DNA from: a virus | Direction: 5' to 3' (one strand) | IMG/VR virus record: IMGVR_UViG_3300045988_046531 | Length of the DNA: 64,000 bases | Shown here: piece by piece, positions 48,077 through 58,460 of the stretch | How positions within the stretch are numbered: the first letter of the stretch is position 1 | Layout of the letters: every line of letters begins with the position of its first letter | Translations under genes and position numbers: made by a program | Notes under the pieces: model-generated | Told to the model about the DNA's origin: nothing | Databases searched by the model: none | What the model saw: only the letters and a program-made list of their open reading frames with translations

Positions 48077-49036
48077 CATGAGGCAATAAAATAATCCCGA
48101 AATATCGGTGAAGACTAACGTAACTTAAATAAAATGATTTATCATGGATGATTTACTAAACACAATATGCCCATTAGAGAAGATGGGTAAAGGAATAAAG
48201 AATATCAGACACAGATTCTTCCATTCTATAGAAACTGAAATACAAGCCTATTTATTAGGATTTATAGCAGCAGATGGTAGCATTGACGAGAAACGTAATG
48301 CATTATCAATTCATGTTAGTGCTAAAGATATAGAAATACCACAGCTGTTTCAGAAATGGGTAAGTCCAGAGAGTAGTATAGAATCTTATGTTGGTAACAC
48401 TTTCAACTCTAGAGGTAAAACGTACACTTCTAAAGATTCCGTTAGAATTAATATTACCAGTAAGCAATTAATTTCTGATTTAAAGAATCTGGGAATTACG
48501 CAAGCTAAGACGTGGAGAGAGTTACACATTCCTAACATAGATGAGTCTTTAATAAAACATTTCATCAGAGGTTATTTTGATGGAGATGGATGTTTCTCTA
48601 TGTCGGTTAGAAAGCCTAATGCTAAGAACAGAGAGAAGAATTACAGAGTATCCGCTCAGGTAGAGATATACTGTAAAAGAGATGAAATATTGAAGGATGT
48701 CAGAGCATTTATATTAAAAGAACTGGGAGTAGAAATGAGAATATATTACATAGATAGAGATGATATGTTTAAAATACGTACCAGCAAAAGTGATGATATA
48801 AAGTCACTGTTCTCATATATATATGATGGCTCTGTCTATCTGAATAGGAAGTTTAGTAAGTTTAGTTACTATGTTAATACCGAGGTAAGTCAGATTATAT
48901 CTGATACCGTAACGCATAGAGAGTGAAATAATCTCTCCAAGAGTTTGGGACATCCTAATAAGGATGAATATGTATGCTGAACTAATAGGAAACTATTAGA
49001 GCAATAGGATAAAAAGCCTATTGGGTAACATATTGG
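48074..49036 (+). mobile_element. second, homologous intron-like or free-standing HEG element; boundaries approximate
   Basis: The 5' flank cccgaaatatcggtgaagactaacgt and the 3' flank gaatatgtatgctgaactaataggaaactattagagcaataggataaaaagcctattgggtaaca match the element-1 flanks; a GUAA-looped hairpin CCTCATG/CATGAGG spans the junction. Confidence 0.45.
48144..48926 (+). CDS. LAGLIDADG homing endonuclease (paralog of 45684-46529)
   Basis: YLLGFIAADGSI and FIRGYFDGDGCF motifs. Confidence 0.85.
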   Translation: MDDLLNTICPLEKMGKGIKNIRHRFFHSIETEIQAYLLGFIAADGSIDEKRNALSIHVSAKDIEIPQLFQKWVSPESSIESYVGNTFNSRGKTYTSKDSVRINITSKQLISDLKNLGITQAKTWRELHIPNIDESLIKHFIRGYFDGDGCFSMSVRKPNAKNREKNYRVSAQVEIYCKRDEILKDVRAFILKELGVEMRIYYIDRDDMFKIRTSKSDDIKSLFSYIYDGSVYLNRKFSKFSYYVNTEVSQIISDTVTHRE

Positions 49037-49060
49037 GCAGAACTAGGAGACGAGGAATTA

Positions 49061-49270
49061 ATGGGGGTAGTTCCTAAAGAAATGGACAGTCCTAATAACA
49101 AACTAAGACCTTTCGGTTATTGGGTTGACGAAAGAGGAATTAGACATAAAGGAGTTATTCCAGAGAAACAACAGATAGTACCTAAGTTTAATTTATGGCC
49201 TACACAATACGATGACCCTACAAGAATTAGAAGTAGCAATCAGAGATTTATTCAAACAGATTTATCATAA
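49061..49270 (+). CDS. hypothetical protein or terL C-terminal exon; the frame is open from about 49022
   Basis: 69-aa ORF; the upstream in-frame extension contains no stop back to the element boundary. Confidence 0.3.
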   Translation: MGVVPKEMDSPNNKLRPFGYWVDERGIRHKGVIPEKQQIVPKFNLWPTQYDDPTRIRSSNQRFIQTDLS

Positions 49271-49523
49271 AGAATATGTGGCTAAATTAAAGCTAGAAGA
49301 GCTACAAACTGCCGAGGGGACACATAGAGGTTATAAGTTAACACTTGGCATGAATAATATAGACAAGCCACTTATTATATCGTTTGAAGGTGGTGAAGTA
49401 GCATATCTTAAATTTCTTAGACAGGAATTAAGAGATAGAAGATTAGGCGACACACATTATTTCCTAGGATATAAACAATATAACGGATTAGAGAGTTGTA
49501 ATGAGTGCACAGAACAGGAGTGA
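49212..49523 (+). CDS. hypothetical protein
   Basis: 103-aa ORF overlapping the previous one in another frame; its stop overlaps the next gene start. Confidence 0.35.
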   Translation: MTLQELEVAIRDLFKQIYHKEYVAKLKLEELQTAEGTHRGYKLTLGMNNIDKPLIISFEGGEVAYLKFLRQELRDRRLGDTHYFLGYKQYNGLESCNECTEQE

Positions 49524-51702
49524 TGAGTACTTAATGGAGCATATTGATAAGGCAGTATCAGAATTAGTATTTCCTAAGTACAAATTACAGAAAGCATATA
49601 ATTATTATAATGGATATAGAGATGCCGAACAATATAGGTATCTAGAAGAGAATTTTGGAATAGGTAATCCTACTTCTATAGAATTTACTCCTCTTATCAG
49701 GAAGCATGTTGATGCTTTACTTGGAGAATACCTAGGTACTCCATTACTGCCTAAAGTGTCATGCAAGGATAAAGAAACTATATCTAAGATATCTAGAGAT
49801 AAGGAATTACAAATTAATAAGGAAGTATATCAATACTTACAACAACACCTTAATAATCAGATACTAGCGTTCTTAGGAGGACAAGAAGTAACTGATAAAG
49901 CCGTAGAAGCTCAACTTAATAAGTTAGTAGAAGATATTAATAATAGCTTTGTTAGTGAATATGAAATAGCTGCACAGAATGTTGTTGAGTATATAATCCA
50001 ATCTAGAGATATTAACTTACTTACTAAGTTGAAGAACCTGTTACTTGACTTACTAGTAACTGGCATGAGCTTTTACCAGGTTCATCCTAGTAGGAAGAGA
50101 ACTAATATAGAAATAGAGGTATTAGACCCACGTAATGTATTCGTTGATAGAAATCCAGAATCTGTATATGTTAGAGATAGCTACAGAGTAGTTATTAGAC
50201 GTTGGTTAACTAAGCAACAAATACTTAATAAATATGGTCCTCAATTAGATGCAAGTAGTATCAATGAATTAGAGGAGATGTTCGAGGGATATTACGATAG
50301 TAGTTATATATATGTACGCTCCATGAGCAATCAGGCTACTGGAGCTCCCATTACAGACGGACTTGAAGCAGGTAAAGAGGTAATACCTGGATTCCCCACC
50401 GACTACTATGAGACTTATAATTATAAGTTAATACCTGTGTTTGAAGTTGAGTGGATTGATGTTGATAAAGAAGGAGAAGATTATGTAGAGAATAGATATG
50501 AAGGAGTCAAAATCGGAGAATCTATTTACATTCTTACTGGTAAATCTCCTGATGTAGTTAGAACTAAAGATAATCCTACACACTGTGGATTGTCAGTTAA
50601 TGGTTTGTTCTTTGTAAACAGAAGTAATGAACCATATTCACTTGTGCTTGCATGTTCACATCTTCAAGACAAGTACGATTTGATTACTTTCTTTAGGGAC
50701 AATGTAATTGCTAATAGTGGTACTAGTGGAGACTGGGTTGACTTTAGTATGCTACCTATGGCTCTTGGTGATGATTTGACTGAAAGATTGCAGAAATTCA
50801 TTGCCTATAAGAAGACTGGTGTGGCTCCTATTGATACTTCACAAGAAGGTAGGGCATTTAATAACAATACTTCTTTTGCTGGATTCGATGACTTGTTAAA
50901 AGCTGATACTATTCAGGCATTTAATATGGCGTTGCAGATGTTAGAAGAGCAGACATCATCTATTACTGGAGTGTTTAGAGAGAGATTAAATGGAATAGAA
51001 ACTAGGGATGCTGTTAGTAATGTTAAGGCAGGTATGAGAAACTCTTATATCATTACTAAATCTTACTATCAACAAATGGATACTTTGGCAGAGGATATTC
51101 TGATTGATTCTCTTAATTGTGCTAAGAAGGTATGGAAACATAAACCACTTACTGGAACTTTAGTGCTAGGTGACAAACTACAGAAAGTATTTACTGCTCT
51201 CCCTGAACATTTTACTTTTACTGACTATGATATTCATGTAATAGCTAGTAGTAGAATTATGGAGGAAATGCAGAACATGCAACAGTTAATGATTGAGTTC
51301 ATCAAGAGTGGTCAACTAGACCCAGACATAGCTATGGAGTGCATGACTGCCAGAAGTATGACTGAACTCAAATCTAAATTGTCTAAAGCATTTCAAAAGA
51401 GAAGAGAAGAAACTCAGAACACTGCGCAGATGCAACAACAGAACGAAGAGCTACAGAAGCAACTTCAAAAGGCGGAACAAGAGAAAGAGCAGCTTAATAA
51501 TAAGATTGCATCTCTTAATGAAGCTAAGATTGCTATTGAAAGACAAAAGGTTGAATATGACTATGAGATTGGAATTATTAAGGCTAATGCTGATAGAGAT
51601 TATAAGCAGAGTACTTCTGACAATGACACCAAAAGAACAGATATTGAGATAGCCCAATTGTACGATGGGAATCAGCAGAATAACGAAGTGAAGAACGTAT
51701 AA
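49501..51702 (+). CDS. putative portal protein (by size and position after terL; C-terminal coiled coil)
   Basis: 733 aa; no diagnostic motif recognised. Confidence 0.4.
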   Translation: MSAQNRSDEYLMEHIDKAVSELVFPKYKLQKAYNYYNGYRDAEQYRYLEENFGIGNPTSIEFTPLIRKHVDALLGEYLGTPLLPKVSCKDKETISKISRDKELQINKEVYQYLQQHLNNQILAFLGGQEVTDKAVEAQLNKLVEDINNSFVSEYEIAAQNVVEYIIQSRDINLLTKLKNLLLDLLVTGMSFYQVHPSRKRTNIEIEVLDPRNVFVDRNPESVYVRDSYRVVIRRWLTKQQILNKYGPQLDASSINELEEMFEGYYDSSYIYVRSMSNQATGAPITDGLEAGKEVIPGFPTDYYETYNYKLIPVFEVEWIDVDKEGEDYVENRYEGVKIGESIYILTGKSPDVVRTKDNPTHCGLSVNGLFFVNRSNEPYSLVLACSHLQDKYDLITFFRDNVIANSGTSGDWVDFSMLPMALGDDLTERLQKFIAYKKTGVAPIDTSQEGRAFNNNTSFAGFDDLLKADTIQAFNMALQMLEEQTSSITGVFRERLNGIETRDAVSNVKAGMRNSYIITKSYYQQMDTLAEDILIDSLNCAKKVWKHKPLTGTLVLGDKLQKVFTALPEHFTFTDYDIHVIASSRIMEEMQNMQQLMIEFIKSGQLDPDIAMECMTARSMTELKSKLSKAFQKRREETQNTAQMQQQNEELQKQLQKAEQEKEQLNNKIASLNEAKIAIERQKVEYDYEIGIIKANADRDYKQSTSDNDTKRTDIEIAQLYDGNQQNNEVKNV

Positions 51703-52460
51703 TGGAATTAAAAATTAAAGTTTGCACTAACGATAGCTGTAAGGTAATCATACTTGACGATACTGGTACAGGAGAGAATGGCTATTTGCCTGAATCTTCT
51801 TCAGTTATCGTCAAGAACAGATTCAAGTACTCTGACACTGTATCTATTGATGTCTTACAACATAATAAGGCAGATGGGCCTGAAATACAACTTCCTGTTT
51901 ACACTTTACATGATGACGGTAATAAGTCAGTAACTATGCCAGTAGGGTTTGATGGGTGGTTTAATGTATATCATATAGTTCTGCCGACTAAAGATTGGTT
52001 TGATAGAGAGATGGGTAAAACGGCTGGTTCAGCTGTAACTATGTATGCCACTGTGTACTATTCGGACGGCATCTACATCTATAAGTATTTTAATGGCACA
52101 TCTACGACCGTAACTGTAGATGAGATAGTAGAGAGGAACGTAGAAGATACTACAATTTCTAGGACATATAATAATTACGTGTCTATTTGTTTTCTTAAGA
52201 AATGTTATATATCTTTGTGCCAGCAAATATTTAATAGCAGAGGTTTCAGTAAATGTTGGAGTAAGAATGCTGTAGCGGCCGAATTATCCTACAAGAGAGA
52301 TTTAGTCTGGATGGCTATTAATGTAATCAAATATATGGTTCAATCTAATCAGTTACCTGAAGCTGAACGAATCATAGAACAAATAGGAGGTTGTAATGGC
52401 TTGTGTAAATCAGAATATAGCAAATGGCCAGAGCAAGGCTGTGGATGCTCTCAAAGATAA
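51702..52460 (+). CDS. hypothetical virion protein (Cys-rich C-terminus)
   Basis: 252-aa ORF. Confidence 0.4.
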   Translation: MELKIKVCTNDSCKVIILDDTGTGENGYLPESSSVIVKNRFKYSDTVSIDVLQHNKADGPEIQLPVYTLHDDGNKSVTMPVGFDGWFNVYHIVLPTKDWFDREMGKTAGSAVTMYATVYYSDGIYIYKYFNGTSTTVTVDEIVERNVEDTTISRTYNNYVSICFLKKCYISLCQQIFNSRGFSKCWSKNAVAAELSYKRDLVWMAINVIKYMVQSNQLPEAERIIEQIGGCNGLCKSEYSKWPEQGCGCSQR

Positions 52461-52638
52461 GGTGATTTGTGAATACAAAGAACTGCTTAAGTATTTAGAA
52501 CGGGGGCATAGATATGACTACCAACTAATTCTCGAAGAGATAAGTCTCATCGAATTGCTAGAAGAGAATGAAGTTAATAGGTCTGAATTTGTAGAACAAT
52601 TTTATCTTAATAATAAATGGCAGATAACTCTATTTTAA
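52396..52638 (+). CDS. hypothetical protein
   Basis: 80-aa ORF overlapping both neighbours. Confidence 0.3.
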   Translation: MACVNQNIANGQSKAVDALKDKVICEYKELLKYLERGHRYDYQLILEEISLIELLEENEVNRSEFVEQFYLNNKWQITLF

Positions 52639-54386
52639 CACCAGGTGGTTCTGGAAATGAATGTATCAATCCTGTTAACGAACAAATTGATACTTCACAA
52701 TTTCTGAAAGTAGATTACCGCTTAGGGGAGTTTGAGAGTGAGTCCGATAAACAAATTGCTAGAATTAATATTAGAGCTGCTGGTATTGATGATGTCTATG
52801 ACAAGGCTTCAGCAGATTTAAAGACATTAGAGGCAGTTAAGACCTCAATGGATACTCACCTAGCTACTGAAGACCCACATAATATAATTCCTACTATAGA
52901 AAGTAAACTGGAGGGTTTTGTTAAAGAGGATGGAACCACACCATTCTTAGCACCTCAAACAGGTGTTGACCCGTTGACAGACTTTCATTTAACAACCAAG
53001 AGATTCGTGACTGCTTTAATGGACAGTCATTTAGCTAAAACAGACCCACATAATATAATTCCTCTTGTAGAGGAAATACTTAAAGTATATGTAACTACTG
53101 ACCAGATTTATAGGAAAGTAGAGCTATATACTAGAGAACAAGTTGATGACTTAATCAAGAATTTCGTTAGACGTGACGGAACTACTGCATTTCTAAAACC
53201 ACAGTTAGGAGTTACTCCAGTAGCTGATGGACATCTATCTACTAAGAAATATGTAGATGATGTAATGTTTAAACATTTAGTTGATGCAGACCCTCACGGA
53301 TTTGTAACGTTACTTAATCAGAGACTAAACAACTATTTCAGGAAGACTGAAACTTACTCTAGAGCAGAGACTTATTCAAGAGCTCAAATTGATGCCATTA
53401 TTAATCAATTAGTAATTGATGCAGCTAGAGGAGCTATCGAGGAACATATTAATCAATATGACCCTCACGGAACTCTTAAAGAAATCTATAGTAAGCACTA
53501 TGTACCTCGTGATGGTTCAGTCCCATTTACTGCCCCACAGAAGGGAGTAGATGCTGTAGAAGATGACGAATTAGTAACTAAGAGACAACTGGATGCTTCT
53601 ATTGTAGAAGAGCCTGTTTGGATTACTAGTGGGCCAGTTCAGACTACAGTAGGCTTCGTTGAAGATGAAACTGACCCAGGAGAGAAATTGAATCTTCAAG
53701 AAGTTATGGATGCAATCTTCTACGGTAAATCTGTAGATGTTAAAGCTCCTGCGTATGCTTTACTGGGTTCTATAGTAGACGTTGAACTATTCGTTAGAGG
53801 TTCTACTGGAGTAATATCTTATGCTGAATTATGGCAGAATGATGAACTTATTGGAACATATACTAAGGATGATTTCGAATTAGGACAATTGACTGTAAAG
53901 AGTTTACCTATTAACGAAGAAACTACTTTTACATTTAAAGTATTCTATCCTAATGGTACATATCTGGAAGCTAGTTGTACTACTAAAGTAGCATATGACA
54001 TATTTGTAGGAATCTTACCTAAATGGTATGCAGCCTCTAATGTTAATTATGATTATTTACTTCAGCTAGTTCAATCAGACCCAGAGAACAATAGCATTGA
54101 CAGTTCTGGTGACTTAGTATCAGAAATCAAACACAAATATAATTTCTCAAGTCCTAAAGAGCTTAAGCAAATATTTGTAGCAATGCCTAAGGAATATCCA
54201 GACTTAGTTCAAATGACAACGCCTTCTCAACAGTTTGGTCTTGAATCGTTTGACATTATTAGCGATATCCCATTTGAAATTCCTGGATTGTCAAATAGTA
54301 AAATATATAAGATATATGTGTTCAAGGAGTCTCTAGTAACTCTCAACTTGGAGGTAACATTTAAGTTTGACCCAGCTAACATTTAA
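52617..54386 (+). CDS. tail fibre-like protein with four tandem about 60-aa repeats centred on a DPH(N/G) motif
   Basis: TEDPHNIIPTIE, KTDPHNIIPLVE, DADPHGFVTLLN, QYDPHGTLKEIY; the DNA repeat gacccacataatataattcct is exact at 52868 and 53045. Confidence 0.5.
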   Translation: MADNSILTPGGSGNECINPVNEQIDTSQFLKVDYRLGEFESESDKQIARINIRAAGIDDVYDKASADLKTLEAVKTSMDTHLATEDPHNIIPTIESKLEGFVKEDGTTPFLAPQTGVDPLTDFHLTTKRFVTALMDSHLAKTDPHNIIPLVEEILKVYVTTDQIYRKVELYTREQVDDLIKNFVRRDGTTAFLKPQLGVTPVADGHLSTKKYVDDVMFKHLVDADPHGFVTLLNQRLNNYFRKTETYSRAETYSRAQIDAIINQLVIDAARGAIEEHINQYDPHGTLKEIYSKHYVPRDGSVPFTAPQKGVDAVEDDELVTKRQLDASIVEEPVWITSGPVQTTVGFVEDETDPGEKLNLQEVMDAIFYGKSVDVKAPAYALLGSIVDVELFVRGSTGVISYAELWQNDELIGTYTKDDFELGQLTVKSLPINEETTFTFKVFYPNGTYLEASCTTKVAYDIFVGILPKWYAASNVNYDYLLQLVQSDPENNSIDSSGDLVSEIKHKYNFSSPKELKQIFVAMPKEYPDLVQMTTPSQQFGLESFDIISDIPFEIPGLSNSKIYKIYVFKESLVTLNLEVTFKFDPANI

Positions 54387-54391
54387 TAAGT

Positions 54392-55780
54392 ATGAGAGCA
54401 TATAGTGAAATTATAGCAAGTTTTAGAAGAGGTGGTCCGTTCCCTATAGAAGCTGACTATATCTTCGAAACTGAAGCGAAACTGAAAGAATTTTATTCAT
54501 CTCCTGAAGAGAATGCTATTTTACACAAGGGATTGTTAAAGGTAGTTGAAAATGACGGAGATGGTAATCAAGCACTATATTGGGTCACTAGAAAGGAGAC
54601 TAACGATGAGTTAGAGTTTACTAAACTTATTACTTCTAAGAGTGATGAAACTATAGCTGACTTGATAACTAGATTAGAGCAGGAAATTAAAGATAGAAAG
54701 ACAGCAGACGATGCTATCTGGGGAAGTGTTGACCATACTAGTGTACCAGAGGACTTAAACAGTCTGAAGGACATTGCAGAGGAAATTACTAAAATTAGAG
54801 AGCATCTAGGTAATCTAGACAGCACTGATGAGGGATTACAGAGTAATATTGATAAGGTGCAAGCCGAACTCGATAAGACACAAGAAGGAGTAGGTTTGGG
54901 AGAAGACGGAGCTTATGTTCCTGATACTGAAACTACTTACCTTAAAGACTCTACATCTGTAATGGATTCTCTGCGCAAGCTAGACGAATTAGTGAATCAT
55001 GCTATTCACTTTAACTGGGTTACACTAGAAGATACTCCAAGCATTGAGTTAGATATTGATAGACAGATTACTGGAACTACAATATCTGGTAATGTTAAGG
55101 TATCTACTGATAGTGGTAACGGAATTACCATAAAGAATGACGGTCTATTCTATAAACTAACTACTGAATATTTAGACGGACTCTTAACTATTAAGGTTAA
55201 CGATAATGTTATAGGACAACATCAAATTGGTTTGTCAGCTATCGTAGAGGACGCTAAGTATGACCCAGATACGGAAGAGCTAGTTATAGTATTTAAACTT
55301 CTAACTGGTGATAAGCAAGTAGTTAGGATTCCAGTTGGAACTCTTATTAGAGAATGGGAAGTTGATAACTCTATTCCTGATAAGGTAGTAGAATTGGAGA
55401 AAGTGTTATCATTAGGAACTGGCGCTGATAAGCTTTCTGCTGACGTTAGGTTGCATACAGCTAAAGATAACATCTTAGTAAAGGAAGGAAATGCTCTGTA
55501 TGTTAAAGGTACTTCCGATAACATCACACATGATTCTAAAGCCTTAGATGTTGTTATTAGTGAATTACAAAGTGATATTGATAGCCACCTTAAAGATTTC
55601 AACAATCCACATAGAGTCACTCCAGCACAGATTGGAGCCATTTCTTTGCCCGAAGTTGAAATTCTACTAAAGTCTAAAGCAGATTTGGTTAGTGGTAAAG
55701 TTCCTAAAGAACAACTTCCAGATGATATTAGTGGTGTTACTTGGATTGATGTAGAAGATAATGAAGAAGCAATATCCTAA
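54392..55780 (+). CDS. tail fibre / structural protein
   Basis: 462 aa, coiled-coil N-terminal part and beta-rich C-terminal part. Confidence 0.4.
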   Translation: MRAYSEIIASFRRGGPFPIEADYIFETEAKLKEFYSSPEENAILHKGLLKVVENDGDGNQALYWVTRKETNDELEFTKLITSKSDETIADLITRLEQEIKDRKTADDAIWGSVDHTSVPEDLNSLKDIAEEITKIREHLGNLDSTDEGLQSNIDKVQAELDKTQEGVGLGEDGAYVPDTETTYLKDSTSVMDSLRKLDELVNHAIHFNWVTLEDTPSIELDIDRQITGTTISGNVKVSTDSGNGITIKNDGLFYKLTTEYLDGLLTIKVNDNVIGQHQIGLSAIVEDAKYDPDTEELVIVFKLLTGDKQVVRIPVGTLIREWEVDNSIPDKVVELEKVLSLGTGADKLSADVRLHTAKDNILVKEGNALYVKGTSDNITHDSKALDVVISELQSDIDSHLKDFNNPHRVTPAQIGAISLPEVEILLKSKADLVSGKVPKEQLPDDISGVTWIDVEDNEEAIS

Positions 55781-57362
55781 TAGACCAGCTAATATGAGCC
55801 AGTTGGACTACCTTTGGACAACATATGGCCCATATACAGTATCTGACTCACTAGACGTCGAGGACTCTATTCCTTCTTCTAAAGCCATTAAGGATGCTAT
55901 AGCTACTCAAGTAACAGGTATAGTTGAACTTGATACTAAAGAAGAAGGAGATAAAATTAGAGTCATAGGTAAAGGAGGAAGTGGTGAAGAGATTTCGTCA
56001 ATCCTTCTTGATAAAGATACTAAGATTGTCTCATTTGAGAGACATTTAATAACACAAGAGGATATAGATAACGGATTCGGTAATGCACTGAATGAGGAAT
56101 GGTTGGTTCTTGTTACCTCTAACGGAGATAGATTTGAAGTATCTCTGGAAGACTTTATAGCGAAGGGACAAATAACTAATACCATTATCACTCAAACTAA
56201 AGACGGTAAAATAGCATCAGAGCTAAAGATTAATAATCCTATCACTAATAAGTCTGTAGATTTAAAGACTTCAGAATCTGGAGTGTATGCAGACTTAGTG
56301 ATAGACACTGATGCTGATTCTAATGTAGTTATTACTAAAGGTGATAAAGGAGTTGTTTGTAAGTTTAGCTGGGAAGGTACTGAATCACCAGTAAGAATAC
56401 AGGCAGTAGATACTTATGATGAGTATTTATTATTAACTGTAAACCCTACTACTATTTATTTCATTAAGGATATTAAATCAATATACTTAAATGGAGTTAA
56501 ATATGCATCTGAAGGCGGAGGCGGATTAGATCCTTCACTTTACTACACTAAATCTGAAACTGATGCGATTATATCCAATATAGAAACTGACTTGGACAAC
56601 AAGGTTAGTTTAACTGATGGCAATATAGTATTAAAAGAAGGTAAGGGTGTTGTAATAAACAGTGTAGGTGGCACAAAGAACCTTATTACATCTAATGTGT
56701 ATGGAGGAATTAAATTAGGTAATACTAATGCTTCCTTAGAAATACATAGTAATACCAGGCCAGCAGTTGTAGTAGGAGAATCAGCTGATGAACTAGCATT
56801 AATGTCAGATGTAACTCCATATGTATGGAATGATGTAGTGACTGCTAAAGCCGCAAGACTTGCTGATTTACCAGAGAGTTATCCTGTAGGCACTTTAACA
56901 GTTAAACATGCTGGAGGAGAGATTACATACGACGGTTCTGAAGACGTATCTGTAGACCTAACACATATACAACAAGCAATTAGCGAATTAAAAGATGAGT
57001 TAGAGTATAAACTATCTACTAAGCAAGATAAACTTGTAAGTGGAACTAACATTAAGAGAATTAATGGTCAGTCTATACTCGGTAATGGAGATATACTTAT
57101 ATCTTCTGATTTTACTGCTATTAGATATAAGGGGTCAGTAGCTACCTATGCAGATTTACCTTCTGCTCCAGAAGTGGGTGATATTTACAACGTTATTCTT
57201 AATGGTGCTAATTATGCATGGAATGGAGAAGTTTGGGAAACATATGGAACTATAACTCCTGTAGGAGTAGATTTGTATAAAGAAGCCAGTGGTGAAATAA
57301 CTGGCGGGGAGGTGAGATTCAGTGATAACACTGTACTCCCTATTAACATATTTATTAAATAA
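55761..57362 (+). CDS. tail fibre / structural protein
   Basis: 533 aa, Thr/Gly/Val-rich. Confidence 0.4.
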   Translation: MKKQYPNRPANMSQLDYLWTTYGPYTVSDSLDVEDSIPSSKAIKDAIATQVTGIVELDTKEEGDKIRVIGKGGSGEEISSILLDKDTKIVSFERHLITQEDIDNGFGNALNEEWLVLVTSNGDRFEVSLEDFIAKGQITNTIITQTKDGKIASELKINNPITNKSVDLKTSESGVYADLVIDTDADSNVVITKGDKGVVCKFSWEGTESPVRIQAVDTYDEYLLLTVNPTTIYFIKDIKSIYLNGVKYASEGGGGLDPSLYYTKSETDAIISNIETDLDNKVSLTDGNIVLKEGKGVVINSVGGTKNLITSNVYGGIKLGNTNASLEIHSNTRPAVVVGESADELALMSDVTPYVWNDVVTAKAARLADLPESYPVGTLTVKHAGGEITYDGSEDVSVDLTHIQQAISELKDELEYKLSTKQDKLVSGTNIKRINGQSILGNGDILISSDFTAIRYKGSVATYADLPSAPEVGDIYNVILNGANYAWNGEVWETYGTITPVGVDLYKEASGEITGGEVRFSDNTVLPINIFIK

Positions 57363-57376
57363 CATCATTAAATTTT

Positions 57377-58453
57377 ATGGCACAATTAAAATTTTACAGA
57401 GGGTTAAAAGCCAATTATGTAGCTGAAACTACTCACAAGAATGGGATTTACTTCGCTACTGACACTAACGAAATCCTGATGAATGGTAAGGCTTATACTG
57501 GTGCTCTCGCTGCTGGTAAAGTCGTTACTAATGTTGCTCTGTCTACCGATAAAACCAAACTGATTGTTACTTATTCGGACACTACTACAACTGAAATTGA
57601 AGTAGGTAGCGGTAAGTATACATCAGCTATTGATGACAAGAATTTGGCTATGCCTAATGCTGTCGGTGGTATCGCTAAAGGAACTAAAGTTAGTGCTCTA
57701 GAAGGACAGACTTATGATTATATGTGGGATGAACTTCTGTTCCCTACTATTAATCCTACATTTACTGCTCCTACAGCAAGCATCTCACTTAAGAGTTATA
57801 CTTCTCCACAAGAAGTAGGTGCTGCTGGACCTACAGTTGCTAACTTCAACACTGCTCTTAACAAAGGAGCTATTACTCTTAACGGAGTAAAACAGAACGA
57901 TAGATCTGGTGCTCTGAATAAAGGTAGTTCATTCATCTATGTAAATGGTCAAGAATCTAACACTACTCTGCCAACTACAGTAGCATTAGGAAATACTACT
58001 TACAACTATAAGGCAGCCTATTTAACTGGACCTCAACCTAAAGATAATAAAGGTAATAATTATAGTACTCCGCTCTCAGCTGGTTCAGTTGCATCTAGTG
58101 CAGTAACAGTTAATGGTACTTATCCATGGTATGCTTCTACTAGTGCAGCTACTTCTGACAACCCGGTTGTTAAACAAACTCTTATTGCTTGGAATACTTC
58201 TACTGGAGCTATGACTACTCCTAGATTTGAATTACAACCTTCAGGAACTCTTCCTCAAGTGTTCAAATTGCCTAGAACTATCACTCAACTTCAAATGTTG
58301 AACACAGTTTCTAATCAAATGGAAACCATTGGACTTAGTGAATATACTAAGACAAAAGAAGAGATTACTATCGGAACTACACCAGTAACTTATTCAGTTT
58401 ATACTTATAATGGTTCTAATAGAGGTTCAGTAACTTTAATCGCTAAATTCTAA
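57377..58453 (+). CDS. tail fibre-like protein (shares an N-terminal motif with the next three genes)
   Basis: N-terminus KANYVAETTHKNGIYFATDTNEIL resembles KATF..IVFIKDTQEIYTHGQFYA of 59463 and 61487. Confidence 0.45.
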   Translation: MAQLKFYRGLKANYVAETTHKNGIYFATDTNEILMNGKAYTGALAAGKVVTNVALSTDKTKLIVTYSDTTTTEIEVGSGKYTSAIDDKNLAMPNAVGGIAKGTKVSALEGQTYDYMWDELLFPTINPTFTAPTASISLKSYTSPQEVGAAGPTVANFNTALNKGAITLNGVKQNDRSGALNKGSSFIYVNGQESNTTLPTTVALGNTTYNYKAAYLTGPQPKDNKGNNYSTPLSAGSVASSAVTVNGTYPWYASTSAATSDNPVVKQTLIAWNTSTGAMTTPRFELQPSGTLPQVFKLPRTITQLQMLNTVSNQMETIGLSEYTKTKEEITIGTTPVTYSVYTYNGSNRGSVTLIAKF

Positions 58454-58460
58454 TTGATAT

